Source: an uncultured Acidobacteriota bacterium
GTDB lineage: Bacteria > Acidobacteriota > Vicinamibacteria > Vicinamibacterales > 2-12-FULL-66-21
Length of the DNA stretch: 64,000 nt
Assembly (NCBI GenBank): GCA_963750935.1
Contig: CAVVSR010000017.1
Location: 500 to 64,499 of the forward strand
Direction of reading: 5' to 3'
The position numbers and the translations under genes are program-made. The notes under the pieces were generated by a model. The model saw only the letters and a list, made by a program, of their open reading frames with translations, made no database searches and was not told where the DNA came from. Positions 1-11,221 of this stretch are shown one piece after another; within the stretch, counting starts at the first letter, position 1; every line of letters begins with the position of its first letter.

Positions 1-2
1 TC

Positions 3-998
3 ATCTTCTTCCAGTCGGTCAATCCGTGGACCCAGCCAGGTCGCATGCAGGAGACTGGGATCTCCCGAACGCAGCAGATCATCCAGTCGGCGATCGCCGT
101 GACGGTGCTGGTCGTGCTGACCGTCGCGATCATGGTGGCCCGCCACAACCTGCGGAAGGGACGTGGCGACCAACGCGGCGCCCTCCGCTTCTCGACGGTG
201 ATCCTCGTCTCCATCCTGCTGGCGTGGATCCTCAACGCCCGGCACGTCGGCGTGATGAACGAAGAACTTGGCCGGCTCTTCATGGCGACAGGGTGGGCGC
301 TGTTCTGTGCCAGCACGTCGTGGGTGCTCTACCTCGCGCTCGAGCCGTACGTGCGCAAGTTCTGGCCGACGACGCTGATCTCGTGGAGCCGGCTGCTCGC
401 TGGACGGTTCATGGATCCGCAGGTCGGACGGGACATCCTGATCGGCGTCCTGGTCGCGACCGGGGTCCTGCTGCTCGGGCGCCTCCACTTTCACATCCGG
501 CCGCTGCTCGGCTATCCCGCGCTGCCGCCGTCCACGCCGCGGCTGTTCACGCTCGAAGGGAGCGCGACGACGCTGGCCACGCTCGGTTCGATCGTCTTCA
601 ACTCGGCGTTCAACTCGCTGTGGATCACGTTCGCGACGGTCGCCGTCAACCTGCTGGTGCGTCGGGTCTGGATCACCGCGCTCGTGATGGTCGCGTTCCT
701 GATGCTCACCGACGCGGACTCGATCGCCGAGGTGCCGCCGGTGTGGCTGGGGCTGACCATCAACCTGGTCGCCATCTGCGCGATTGTGTTCGTGATCCTG
801 CGGCTGGGGCTGCTCGCGATGCTGGCGATGTTCTTCGTCAACTTCCTGCTGAACGGCAGCGCGCTCACCCTCGACACGTCGAAGTGGTTTTTCGCCACCT
901 CGAGCACGGCCCTGCTGGTTGTCGTAGCGCTGGCGGCCTACGCCTTCTATGCGTCGCGAGGCGGCGAGCCGATCTTCGGCCGCCGCATTCTCGACTGA
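3..998 (+). CDS. integral membrane protein, C-terminal part (5' end lies outside the window)
   Basis: The frame is open from the window edge: IFFQSVNPWTQPGR precedes the listed Met at 45. It has multiple hydrophobic helices (AIAVTVLVVLTVAIMV, VILVSILLAWIL, WALFCASTSWVLYLAL, LGLTINLVAICAIVFVIL) and a stop at 996-998. No family recognised. Confidence 0.5.
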   Translation: MFFQSVNPWTQPGRMQETGISRTQQIIQSAIAVTVLVVLTVAIMVARHNLRKGRGDQRGALRFSTVILVSILLAWILNARHVGVMNEELGRLFMATGWALFCASTSWVLYLALEPYVRKFWPTTLISWSRLLAGRFMDPQVGRDILIGVLVATGVLLLGRLHFHIRPLLGYPALPPSTPRLFTLEGSATTLATLGSIVFNSAFNSLWITFATVAVNLLVRRVWITALVMVAFLMLTDADSIAEVPPVWLGLTINLVAICAIVFVILRLGLLAMLAMFFVNFLLNGSALTLDTSKWFFATSSTALLVVVALAAYAFYASRGGEPIFGRRILD

Positions 999-1027
999 CC
1001 GCGCGATCGCCACGCCGTGCCCGCGCG

Positions 1028-3802
1028 TCAGAACGGGCGCGCGGTGTCGGCGACGGTGGGACTGCCCCAGGTCCGCTGCAGGAGGCCGCCGTCCGACGAG
1101 CGCAGGACGAACCACTCTCCGGTCGCATAGCGATACACGCCGATATCCGCCTTGCCGTCGCCATCGTAGTCGGCTGACACGGGCACGTCGGCATTCCCGG
1201 GCGAGCCCCACTGCATCTGCAGCGCGCCCGCCGACGACCGCGACAAAAACCACTGACCGGTCGTGCTGCGGTACACCGCGACGTCGGCCCGGCCGTCACC
1301 GTCATAGTCGGCCGGAACCGGTACGTCACCCAGCGATGCCGCGCCCCACGTCATCGTGACCAGCACGCCGTCTATCGAGCGCAGCACGAACCATTCGCCG
1401 GTCGTTCCCCGGTAGATGGCGATGTCCGCCTTGCCGTCGCCGTCGTAGTCGGCCGGCACGGGAAGATCGCCGAACGCCGCGGCGCCCCAGGTGGTGGGCG
1501 GCATAAAGCCGGCCGTCGATCGGAACACGATCCAGGCGCCGGTCGACGAGCGATAGACCGCAATGTCCGTCTTGCCGTCGCCATCGTAGTCGGCTGGCAC
1601 CGGCACATCGCCAAGCGACGGCGATCCCCACGACACGTGACGTCGTCGCGCCATCCGCCGATTGCAGGATGAACCACTCGCCGGTCGTTCCGCGGTAGAC
1701 GGCGCGGTCGGCCTTGCCGTCGCCGTCGTAGTCGGCCGGCACCGGCTGATCCTGCAGCGAAGGCGCACCCCAGCTGCGCGACGCCAGCGACTCCGTGGCC
1801 GACTGCAGCGTGAACCACTCGCCCGAGGCGCCGCGGTAGACCGTGACGTCGGTCTTGCCATCGCCGTCGTAATCCTGCGGCACCAGCGTCGTCGGCGTGC
1901 GCGAGCCGGCCGCGCCCCAGGGGACGTGGATCGGCCGCGACTGCTGTCCTTCGCCGCCCGCATTCACCGCGGCGACCGTGTACTGGACACCCGACGCCGA
2001 CGCGGTGTCCAGATGGGTCGTGGCGACCAGTCCGCTGGCGAGGATCGACGTGCCGGTGGAAGCGATCCGCCGAACCGTGTAGCTCGACGCACCGGGCACC
2101 GCCGCCCACAGCAGGCGCTGCCCGCCGACGCCCGGCGTCACCGTGAGAAACGCCGGCGCCGGCAGCGGCGCCGGTGTGGTGAAGATGAAGGCCGTGGCCG
2201 ACGGTCCGGGGCCGTACTCGTTGGCGGCCCTGACCGTCCACTGATAGGTGCGTGAGTTCTGCAGCGTCACCGGCGACGGGCGCGAGCACGTCAAGCCGCT
2301 GCAGGCGGTCGCCGACGCATAGGCCATGATCGCCACCGGAGTCGAGCTGCCCTGCGGCGTGATCGTCAGCTCGTAGACCTGCGCATTGGCGACGCCGGTC
2401 CAGGCGAACGTCGGTGTGACGGTCGGGATCGATCCCGATGGCGACGTCAGCACCGGCTGGCCCGGCACCGCCGACTGAACGGCGAATGTCGCCGACGCTG
2501 TCGGGCCGTTGCCCGCGCTGTTGGTCGCGTAGACGCGCCATTCGTAGCTGCGACCCGGGGTGAGCGGCGACGGCGTCGCAACCGTGCAGGTAGTGCCGCT
2601 GCAATAGGTGGCCGCGGCGTAAGTGCCGTCGATCCGGGGCGACGGGCTGCCGGCCTCGATCAGATAGAGCCGATACGTCTGCGCCCCGGCGACCACGTTC
2701 CAGACGAAGTTCGGCGAAGTCGTGACGATCGTGCCGGTCGGCGCGACCAATACGGGCGCGCCAGGCAGACCGCCGGCGATCGTCCAGCCCTGATCCTCGA
2801 ACATGCCCTTCACGATCGGGCCGACGTCCGAGTAGGCCTCGTTCGTGTTCAGCCGCCAGGTCATCAGGCCGTTCGGCGTTCCCGAATACAGCACGTCGTC
2901 CAGGTGCGAGTAGCTCGAGCCCTGAAGCCAGCCGGTGTCGCTCGACACGCCGTACTGGTTGGTCATGTGATGGGTCTCGAGCTTCGGCGTCACGCCGCCG
3001 TTGCGCGAGATCGAGCTGGCGCCGTCGGTGAAGGTGTTGTTGCTCGTCAGCTGCGCGTGGAGCGCCGTAGTGCCGCGCCCGAACGACAGCAGGCGCGCGC
3101 CGGTGCCGCTGACCGCGAAGCGGTCGTAGATGTAGGGGATAGGTGGTGCTGAAGTGGCTGCCAATGCCGCCGCTCGACGTGAACCCGCCGAAGAATCCGA
3201 GCCCGTGGCCGATCTCGTGCAGCACGACCGTCATGAAGTTGTACTTGCCCGCAACCCCGACGCCGGTCGTGCCAAAGTCCCAGTTGCTGAAGGAACTGCT
3301 GAAGTCGGCATCGATCTCCGCCGTCTCTCCTCCGAGCGCGGCGCAATAGGCGCTGCCGTGCAGCTTGTCGGCCAGGGCCGCCGGGTACCAGGTATTGGGC
3401 ACGCCGGCCGTGGACGAGCAGGCCCGGGTGGCGCCCGCACTGCCGAGGATCCCCGTGCCGAGCGGGGTGAAGTTCGCGCGGATCCGGATCGGCGCCGGTG
3501 ACGAGATCGTCGACGCCCAGATGTTCACGGCTGCCTGGAAGGCTGCCTGGGCCTGCGCCGTGAACCCCGAGTAGGTGACCGTGATAGCGGCGCCGGCGAG
3601 GTGGTCGCCCGCGGGTGCGGCGGACGGCCAGTCCAGCCTCGGGCCGTAGGAGAAGTTCAGGTCGCCGGGAGCGGCATAGAGCACGTGCCGGTGGCCGGGG
3701 GTGGCGACGCGCGTACGGGCCCTGGGCCGTCGGCTCATCGGGCAGTACGAGCACTGCCGCCGCCGACACCACGGCAAGAAGACACAGAAGTCTGTGCGCC
3801 AT
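1028..3802 (-). pseudogene. secreted zinc-metalloprotease / FN3-like / FG-GAP (VCBS) repeat protein, split by three frame breaks as sequenced
   Basis: Four minus-strand ORF pieces read as one protein. They give a signal peptide MAHRLLCLLAVVSAAAVLVL (from 3802), the HExxH motif VVLHEIGHGLGF and three FN3-like modules (YEWRVYATNSAGNG, YQWTVRAANEYGPG, QYTVAAVNAGGEG). Six repeats of type PADYDGDGK[TA]D.AVYR..TG.W follow. Frame changes lie near 3715-3735, at the GGGG run 3135-3138 and near 1637. Confidence 0.75.
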
Positions 3803-3869
3803 GAGTCTGGACGTGGAGAAACGCTGCGGTTGTGGGGGGAAGCGCTTCTATTCTAGCACGGCCGACTGG

Positions 3870-5219
3870 CTACTTTTCCCGCCGCCGCACATGGATGCGG
3901 ATCGGCGTGCCCATCAGGCCGAACGACTCGCGCAGGCGGTTGACGAGGAAACGCTCGTAGGAGAAGTGGAACTCGGTCGCGACGTTGGTGAAGAACACGA
4001 ACGTCGGCGGCTTCACCCCGATCTGCGCCGCATAGAGAATCCGGACTTCGCGGCGGCCGGGGCTGCTCGGCGGGTGCACGGCGGTCACCGCCGCGACGAA
4101 GCGATTGAGCTCGGACGTCGGGATCCGGCGCGTCCGGGCGCTGGCGACCTTGTCGATGGTCTCCAGGACCTTGGGCGTCCGCTCACCCGTCGTGGCCGAG
4201 ATGTGCAGGACCGCGGCGTAGTCCAGGAACTTCACCTGGCGGCGCAGCTTCTCGTCGAACTCCTTGGAGAAGTTGGTGCCGCGGCCCTTCATCAGGTCCC
4301 ACTTGTTGGCCGCGATGATGATGCCGCAGCCGGCCTTGTCGGCTTCGCCCGCGATCGCGGCATCCTGATCGGTGGCCCCCTCGGACGAGTCGACCACGAG
4401 CACGGCGACGTCCGCCTGTTCGATGGCCCGCCGGGCCACGATCACCGACACGGCTTCGAGCTGGCCCGACCGCGCCACGCGCCCGGGCCGCCGGATGCCG
4501 GCGGTATCGACGATCCGGAAGATGCGCTTGTGCCACTTCAACACCGCGTCCACGGTGTCGCGCGTCGTGCCCGGCATCTCGCTGACGATCGATCGCTCTT
4601 CCTTCAGCAACCGGTTCAGCAGAGACGACTTGCCGACGTTGGGCCGGCCGACGATCGCGACGGCCGTCTCCTCGGGGCCTTCGGCGGCCGACGAGTCACG
4701 CTTCGGCGGCAGGCGTTGGATGACCTCGTCGAGCAGGTCGCCGACGCCTTCGCCATGCTCGGCCGCGACCTCGACGACGGGTTCGAACCCGAGCTGGTAG
4801 AACTCGAGCATGCGCCCGCGCGCGCGCTTGTCGTCGGTCTTGTTGACGGCCATCACGACCGGCGCGGACACGGAACGGAGCGCGGCGGCGATCTCCTCGT
4901 CGCCCGATACCAGCCCCTCGCGGCCGTCGACGACAAACACCAGCACGTCAGCGGTTTGGAGCGCCTTGCGGCCCTGCACCACGACGAGCTCGTGCAGCGG
5001 ATCCTCGCTTGCCCCGAACAGTCCGCCGGTATCCACGAGCCGGAATGTCGCGCCCTGCCACTCCGCGGGCAGCGAGTTCACGTCCCGCGTCGTTCCGGCA
5101 ATCGCCGTGACGATGGCCCGGCGTGAGTCGGTGATGCGGTTGAAGAGGGTGGACTTGCCGACGTTGGGCCGGCCGACCAGCACGACCGTGGGGAGTCCCG
5201 AGGCGCGTTTCGAGGGCAT
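3870..5219 (-). CDS. der: ribosome-biogenesis GTPase Der (EngA)
   Basis: Intact 449-aa ORF with two tandem G domains (GRPNVGKSTLFN and GRPNVGKSSLLN; DTGG/DTAG; NKTD/NKWD) and a KH-like C-terminus. Confidence 0.95.
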   Translation of the reverse strand: MPSKRASGLPTVVLVGRPNVGKSTLFNRITDSRRAIVTAIAGTTRDVNSLPAEWQGATFRLVDTGGLFGASEDPLHELVVVQGRKALQTADVLVFVVDGREGLVSGDEEIAAALRSVSAPVVMAVNKTDDKRARGRMLEFYQLGFEPVVEVAAEHGEGVGDLLDEVIQRLPPKRDSSAAEGPEETAVAIVGRPNVGKSSLLNRLLKEERSIVSEMPGTTRDTVDAVLKWHKRIFRIVDTAGIRRPGRVARSGQLEAVSVIVARRAIEQADVAVLVVDSSEGATDQDAAIAGEADKAGCGIIIAANKWDLMKGRGTNFSKEFDEKLRRQVKFLDYAAVLHISATTGERTPKVLETIDKVASARTRRIPTSELNRFVAAVTAVHPPSSPGRREVRILYAAQIGVKPPTFVFFTNVATEFHFSYERFLVNRLRESFGLMGTPIRIHVRRREK

Positions 5220-5244
5220 TGCGAAATGTTAGTTAGGACCAGGC

Positions 5245-5273
5245 TTGACAGCGTAAGTGTCTATATTTATGAT
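5245..5273 (+). promoter_or_regulatory. sigma70-like promoter candidate upstream of the HU/IHF gene
   Basis: TTGACA (5245-5250), a 17-nt spacer, then TATGAT (5268-5273). It sits in an AT-richer der/HU divergent intergenic region. An AGGAG RBS follows about 8 nt before the ATG at 5302. Confidence 0.45.
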
Positions 5274-5301
5274 GGTTACAAATCCCCAGGAGCGCCTAAG
5301 C

Positions 5302-5574
5302 ATGATCAAAGTTGACATCGTCAACGAGGTGTCCAAGGTGGCCGACATCACCAAGGTGAAGGCCGAGGTGGCCGTGGACGCCGTCTTTGACGCGATGCGT
5401 TTGTCGATGCAGCGTGGCGAACGCATCGAGCTGCGGGGCTTTGGCGTGTTCCAGGTGAAGCCACGGAAGCGCGGAATCGGCCGCAACCCGCGGACCGGTA
5501 AGGAAGTGCGAATCCCGCCGGGGCGAACGATCCGGTTCAAGCCCGGGAAGGATTTGCAGAATATCGGAGGCTGA
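5302..5574 (+). CDS. HU/IHF-family DNA-binding protein
   Basis: MIKVDIVNEVSK...RGFGVFQVKPRKRGIGRNPRTGKEVRIPPGRTIRFKPGKDL is the classic HU/IHF beta-arm. The start was chosen at the internal ATG with an AGGAG RBS; the ORF track starts at 5257. Confidence 0.9.
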   Translation: MIKVDIVNEVSKVADITKVKAEVAVDAVFDAMRLSMQRGERIELRGFGVFQVKPRKRGIGRNPRTGKEVRIPPGRTIRFKPGKDLQNIGG

Positions 5575-5594
5575 TCGGTTCCGATCGCCCGCCC

Positions 5595-6636
5595 TTGAAC
5601 GACTCGCCGCAGAATCTCAACCCTGTACCCGTCTTCGGAACCGCCGCGTCCCTATTACCAGACGCCTGTCGACCCGCCACGTCCGCGCCACAGGATCTGG
5701 CTGCACGCGCTGCTGTTCCTCCTGACGATCGCCAGTACAACCTGCGCCGGCACAGGACATTACGCGGGCTTCGTCTCCGAGTTCGACCGTCACCCGGTGA
5801 CCCTCGACCTGTCGCTGGTGCTCAACGGTCTATGGTACAGCGGAACCATCCTCGCCATCCTGACGGCGCATGAGATGGGGCATTACCTGTACTGCCGGCA
5901 CTACGGGCTCGACGCGTCGCTGCCGTATTTCCTCCCCTTCCCCAGCCTCCTGACCGGAACGCTGGGCGCGGTGATCCGCATCCGCGAGCCGTTCCGCACC
6001 AGAACCCAGCTGTTCGATGTCGGCATCGCCGGTCCGATCGCCGGCATGGTCGTGCTGATCCCGGCGCTGTTCTACGGCCTGACCCGCTCGGCCATCGTGG
6101 CGGCGCCCACGGAAGGGTCGGTCTACAACCTCGGCGAGCCGCTGCTCTTCCAGTGGGCCGTGCAGCTGGTCATCGGGCCGGTTGCCGACGGCAGCACCAT
6201 CAACATGCACCCGATCGTGTTCGCGTGCTGGTTCGGGATGCTGGCCACCGCGCTCAACCTGGTGCCGTTCGGTCAGTTCGACGGCGGCCACGTCGTGTAT
6301 GCGGTGTTCGGGGAGCGGGTCGCGAAGTGGGTGTCGGCGCTGGCCGTCGTGCTGTCGGCGTCGCTGGTGACCCTGTCGTGGGCGTGGGCGCTGCCCGCCA
6401 TCCTGATGGCGTTGATGTGGCGCACGATGGGACTGCGGCATCCCTCTCCGCTGAACCCTTACGAGCCGCTGTCCCCCGGGCGACGCGCGTTCGCGCTGCT
6501 CGCGCTCCTCGCGTTCGTCCTGTGCTTCACGCCCGGCGCCGCTGTCGCTGGAGGAGCTGGTCAAGACCGTCGCCCCTTGAGCGGGCTGTCTAAAGCACGC
6601 TCATCGGATCGACGTCGACGATCGTCCGCCGCCTGA
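5595..6636 (+). CDS. M50-family (site-2 protease-like) zinc metalloprotease; both ends uncertain because of probable indels
   Basis: HEMGHYLYCRHYG (HExxH) sits in a polytopic membrane protein (ORF 5797..6636). The upstream TM segment WLHALLFLLTIASTTCAG is in the same frame but has no start codon. A TTG ORF from 5595 would join after a +1 shift near 5655. Removing one G at 6535-6536 gives ...CFTPAPLSLEELVKTVAP* ending at 6580, which avoids overlap with priA. Confidence 0.7.
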
Positions 6637-9032
6637 CGTCCGGTCGCGCGTCGAGCGCCGCCAGCAGCGCCTTGCGCATCGCCGTGCGGTGCGTGCCCTT
6701 CACGAAGAACTGCGCGCGATGCTCCCCCTTGAGGCGGCTGAGCGGCGCCGGCGCCGGGCCGAGGACGCGAAACGTGTCCCCTCCCTTGCGCATCCCGGCG
6801 ATCACGTCGGCCGCATCCGTCATCGCCGCGTCGAGCGTCGACGCTTTCACGACGGCATTGATCATCGCCACCGCGGGCGGATAGCGCATCGCGCGCCTGA
6901 AGGTGATCTCGTCACGGTAGAAGGCGGCGTAGTCCTGCCGGCACGCGTGCCGGATGCTGTAGTGGGTCGGGTGGATGGTCTGCACCACCGCTTCGCCGAC
7001 GATCGAACCGCGGCCCGCCCGACCCGCGACCTGCGTCAGCAGCTGGAACGTGCGCTCCGCGGCGCGGAAATCGGCGAGGCCGAGTCCGACGTCGGCCGAC
7101 ACCACGCCGACCAGCGTCACCTGCGGAAAGTCGTGGCCCTTGGCGATCATCTGGGTCCCGACGAGGACGTCGATCGATCCCGCGGCGAACCGCTGCAGGA
7201 GGGTGGTGATGGCGCCGCGCCGGCGGATGGTGTCGCGATCCACGCGCGCGACCCGCGCCCCGGGAACGAGCGCCGAGACTTCCGCCTCGAGCCGCTCGGT
7301 TCCGTAGCCGATCTGCTCGAGATACGGTCCCTTGCACTGGTCGCAGCTCACCGGCACACGGATCGCGTAGTTGCAGTAATGGCAGCGGGCCTTGCGCGCC
7401 GCGCGGTGCACGGTCAGCGTCACGCTGCAGTTCGGGCAGTCGAAGGTCGCGCCGCATTGCCGGCAGAAGATCGACGTGGCGAAGCCGCGGCGGTTCAGCA
7501 GGACGATCGACTGTTCCTTCCGCTCCAGCCGGGCGCGGATCGCCGAGACCAGCGGCTCGCTGATGATGACGTCCGGCCCGTGCGCGGCGTATTGCTCGCG
7601 CATGTCCACGAGCTGCACCGTCGCCATCGGGCGATCGAGGACGCGCTTCTCCAGCGGGATCAGCGTGTAGCGGCCGCTCTCGGCGTTGTGATAGCTCTCG
7701 AGCGACGGCGTCGCCGATCCGAGCACGACCAGCGCCTGGAGGTGCTGCGCGCGGACGACGGCGACGTCGCGGCCGTGATAGCGCGGGCTCTCCTCCTGCT
7801 TGTACGAGCCGTCGTGCTCCTCGTCCACGACGATCAGGCCGAGCCGCGCGACCGGGGCGAACACGGCCGATCGCGTACCGACCACGACGTCCACGTCGCC
7901 GCGCCGGATCCGGTGCCACTGGTCGTGCCGCTCGCCGTCGGACAGGCCGCTGTGCTGGATGGCGACGCGATCCCCGAACGCGGCCCGGAAGGCGCCGGCG
8001 ACGGCCGGGGTCAGCGCGATCTCCGGCACGAGGATCAGGACCCCGCGGCTCGATCGCGTCACCTCGCCGGCGAGCCGCAGGTAGAGCTCGGTCTTGCCGC
8101 TGCCGGTGACGCCGTGCAGCAGCGCGGCCGCAAACGTCCGGCTGTCCGCCAGCGTCTTCAGCCGCGCCAGCGCGTCCGCCTGCTCGCGCGTCAGGACGAC
8201 CGGCGTCGCCGCCGTGGCGGCCGGCGCCGCGGCGTGCATGAACGGGTCGCGATCCACGCGGCGGCGAGTCGAGCGAGATGAGGCCAAGCTCGGCGAGCCG
8301 CTTGAGGGTGGCGGCGGTCACGCCACGCTCGGTCAAGTCGCGGGTGTCGACGCCGGCCGGCGCCCCGGCGAGGATCGAGAGCCCTTCGGCCTGCCGCGCG
8401 CCGAGCTTCACCGTGCCTGATCCCGTCGCGTCCGGCGTATGCACGTCGAGCCCCTGTGCGGTGATCGTCGCGACGCGAGTCGTGCGGAACGCCGACGCGC
8501 TGCCGACCAGGGGACGCGAGATCTCGATCAACCCGTCCCGCTCGAGCGCCAGCAGCGCCGCATGCCTGCCGCGCCCGTCACTGGTCAGGCTTTCGACGCG
8601 CACCGGCTTGTCCGCCTCCAGGCGCTCGAGCAGGTCGCGCCGCACGCCCCGCTCGGTCAGCATCCGGACGTGTCCCGCTTCGGTGATGCGCGCGATCCGC
8701 TCGCTCTCCACCCACGCCCGCGGCGGCATCGCCGCGCCGAGGGCGTCACCCGCGCCGCAGGCGTAGTACTCCGCCACCCACAGCGCCAGCGTCACGACGT
8801 CCGCCGGCAGGAAGGCGTCCGCGTCCAGCACGTCGATGACGTCCTTGACCGCCGCCCCTCCCTCCCGTTCGCTCACCGCATCGTCGTCGCCGACGCAGAT
8901 GCCGGTGACGACGCGGGTGCCGAGCGGGACGAGCACGCGGGCGCCGATCGCGGGCGCCGGCCAGCCGTCCGGGACCTGATAAGTGAGGGGCTCGAGCGCG
9001 GGAACCGCGACGGCCACACGAACGCGGCGCAT
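6590..9032 (-). pseudogene. priA: primosomal protein N' (replication restart helicase PriA), one frame break as sequenced
   Basis: The N-terminal piece runs from 9032 (MRRVRVAVAVPALEPLTYQVPDG...). It continues in ORF 6590..8287 with Walker A GVTGSGKTE, DEEHD and the Cys4 zinc motifs CRQCGATFDCPNC...CHYCNY...CDQC. The break is near 8258-8270 and behaves as one extra C. Confidence 0.9.
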
Positions 9033-9035
9033 TGC

Positions 9036-9809
9036 CTAGGGGGCCGGACGGGACGAGGGTGCGGGCGGCTCGCGGTCGAGCAGCGTCAGGGCCTTCTTGA
9101 GGTCGTCCCACGCTTCCCGCTTGTAACCGGGACTGCGCAGCAGGAACGACGGATGGAAGGTGGGAATCAGCTTGGCGCCGCGATAGTCGTAGATGCGTCC
9201 GCGCAGCCGGGAGATCGGGTCGCTCGTCTTCAGCAGCGTCCGCGCCGCGAACGCGCCAAGCGCGATGATCACCTTCGGCTCGATCGACGCAATCTGCCGG
9301 AACAGGAACGGCTCGCACTGCTCGATCTCGTCCGGCTCGGGATTGCGATTCCCTGGCGGCCGGCACTTGAGCACGTTCGCGATGTAGACCTCGTCGCGCC
9401 GGAAGCCCATCGCCTCGATCATCTTCGTGAGCAGCTGCCCGGCACGGCCGACGAACGGTTCGCCCTGGATGTCTTCGTCAGCCCCAGGGGCCTCACCGAC
9501 GAACATCAGATCGGCGGACGGATTTCCGACACCGAAGACGATCTGTTTGCGGCCCGCCGCGTGCAGCTTGCAGCGCGTGCACTCGCCGAGGTCCTCGCGG
9601 ATGAGAGGCAGCGCCTGCTTCCCCGGCAGCGCGATCGCGATCGGTACCGCCTCGCCGGCGGTCGGCGCGTCGGGCTCGGGCGCGGGCGCTACAGCGGGTT
9701 CGGGAACGGCTTGCGCGACGGCTTCACGCGCGCGCCACGCGCGATCCCGGCTGATGCCGGTCACGCCGATTTCCGCGAAGAACCGAAGGTGGTTGGAGAG
9801 GTCGGTCAC
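9036..9809 (-). CDS. uracil-DNA glycosylase, family 4
   Basis: [37 protein letters not shown] and HPSFLLR motifs. The stop lies 3 nt before the priA start. Confidence 0.9.
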   Translation of the reverse strand: MTDLSNHLRFFAEIGVTGISRDRAWRAREAVAQAVPEPAVAPAPEPDAPTAGEAVPIAIALPGKQALPLIREDLGECTRCKLHAAGRKQIVFGVGNPSADLMFVGEAPGADEDIQGEPFVGRAGQLLTKMIEAMGFRRDEVYIANVLKCRPPGNRNPEPDEIEQCEPFLFRQIASIEPKVIIALGAFAARTLLKTSDPISRLRGRIYDYRGAKLIPTFHPSFLLRSPGYKREAWDDLKKALTLLDREPPAPSSRPAP

Positions 9810-9820
9810 GTGCCCGGGTA

Positions 9821-11026
9821 CTACGTGCTGGCGAGCGGCGCGAGCATCGCTTCGGCGCGGTCGAGGATCGTGGCGGCGAGGACCGTCTTCGGCGCTGCCG
9901 GAAACGGCTCGAGCCGGTCGCGGCTGATGATCGTCGCGGCGTTGAGGTCCGAGTCGAAGCCCAGACCCTCGGTCGAGATGTCGTTGGCGACGATCAGATC
10001 GGCTCCCTTCCGAACCAGCTTCTGCTGGCCGCGCTCGACCGGGTCGCCGCTCTCGGCGGCGAAGCCGACGAGCACGGGTCGCGCGCGTCCGGCGCGTGCC
10101 TTGCCCAGCTCGGCGAGGATGTCGGCGGTGCGCACCAGGGAGATCTGCAGCGGTCCGTCGCCCTTCTCGATCTTGCCTGACGCGCGGCGCTCCGGCGTGT
10201 AGTCGGCGATTGCCGCGGCCATGACCACGACGTCAGCCTCGGCGGCATGGCGCTGCACGACGGTGTGCATCTGCTCGGCGCTGCGCACGCGCACGAGCTC
10301 GGCGCCGGCGGGAGGCGTCAACGACGAGGGACCCGACACCAGGATCACCCGCGCCCCGCGGCGCACCGCCTCGGCCGCGACCGCATAGCCCATCTTGCCG
10401 CTCGACCGGTTGCCGATGTACCGCACGTCATCCAGGTCTTCGTAGGTCGGTCCCGCGGTGACGACGACGAGGCGTCCGAGGAGCGCGCCCGACGGCTTCA
10501 GGATGCCATCGGCCGCTTCGACGATCTCGTCGGGCTCGGCGAGCCGCCCCTTCCCGATCCACCCGCAGGCGAGGTAGCCGGCGCCCGGTTCGACGAAGCG
10601 CACGCCCCGCGCCGCCAGCGTCGCGAGGTTGGTGCGGACCGCGTCGTGTTCCAGCATGTTGGTGTTCATCGCCGGCGCGACCAGCACCGGCGCGCGGGTG
10701 GCGAGGTACAGCGCGCTCAGGAAGTCGTCGGCGATGCCGTGCGCGAACTTGCCGATGATGTTCGCGGTCGCGGGCGCGACCAGCAGCAGCCCGATGTCGG
10801 TCGCGAGCGAGATGTGCTCGATGTCGGCGTTGGCGCCCGGCGCCCACTGGGTGGTGATGACCGGCCGCCTGGTGATCGCCTCGAACGTGAGCGGGCCGAC
10901 GAAGCGGCGCGCCGAGCGGGTCATCACCGCGGCGACCTCGTGTCCCCGCTTCTGCAACCCGCGCGCGACCTCGATCGCCTTGTAGGCGCCGATGCCACCC
11001 GCCACGCCCAGTGCGATCAGCGCCAC
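9821..11026 (-). CDS. coaBC: bifunctional phosphopantothenoylcysteine decarboxylase / phosphopantothenate-cysteine ligase
   Basis: Intact 401 aa. It has an N-terminal flavoprotein domain ([11 protein letters not shown]...PAMNTNM) and a C-terminal CoaB domain ([10 protein letters not shown]-like [14 protein letters not shown]). Confidence 0.95.
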   Translation of the reverse strand: MALIALGVAGGIGAYKAIEVARGLQKRGHEVAAVMTRSARRFVGPLTFEAITRRPVITTQWAPGANADIEHISLATDIGLLLVAPATANIIGKFAHGIADDFLSALYLATRAPVLVAPAMNTNMLEHDAVRTNLATLAARGVRFVEPGAGYLACGWIGKGRLAEPDEIVEAADGILKPSGALLGRLVVVTAGPTYEDLDDVRYIGNRSSGKMGYAVAAEAVRRGARVILVSGPSSLTPPAGAELVRVRSAEQMHTVVQRHAAEADVVVMAAAIADYTPERRASGKIEKGDGPLQISLVRTADILAELGKARAGRARPVLVGFAAESGDPVERGQQKLVRKGADLIVANDISTEGLGFDSDLNAATIISRDRLEPFPAAPKTVLAATILDRAEAMLAPLAST

Positions 11027-11034
11027 GGCGGTGC

Positions 11035-11220
11035 CTACTTCTCGCGCGGCAGGGGCGGCAGCTTGCGGACGTGGCCCTGCTTGACTTCCAGCGCGGCCAG
11101 CCGCGCCGGCTTCTCGGGCCCTTGCGTCCGCGGCGTGCAGCCGCGCAGCAGCTGCCGCGCACGCGCGCCGGCCAGCACGACCAGTTCGAACGGGTTCTTC
11201 ACGTCGGGTCTTTCTGTCAT
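11035..11220 (-). CDS. rpoZ: DNA-directed RNA polymerase subunit omega
   Basis: 61 aa. NPFELVVLAGARARQL matches the conserved omega N-terminal helix. It sits between gmk and coaBC, the usual context. Confidence 0.7.
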   Translation of the reverse strand: MTERPDVKNPFELVVLAGARARQLLRGCTPRTQGPEKPARLAALEVKQGHVRKLPPLPREK

Positions 11221-11221
11221 C

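Noticed and set aside
26-1177. 383-aa ORF at the left edge.
   Set aside because: It overlaps the hydrophobic membrane-protein frame (3..998) out of phase. Its composition (RRDGAGRADRRDHGGPP...) is typical of off-frame high-GC translation.
8439-10202. Very long ORFs antisense to or out of frame with recognisable genes. Examples: 8439..10202, 10247..11902, 19825..21492, 22503..24593, 24639..25475, 42711..43967, 50395..51528 and 63154..63924.
   Set aside because: Their translations are Arg/Ala/Gly/Pro-rich with no motifs. Each fully overlaps a gene with strong family signatures on the other strand or frame. Stop-codon-poor shadow ORFs are expected at this G+C content.
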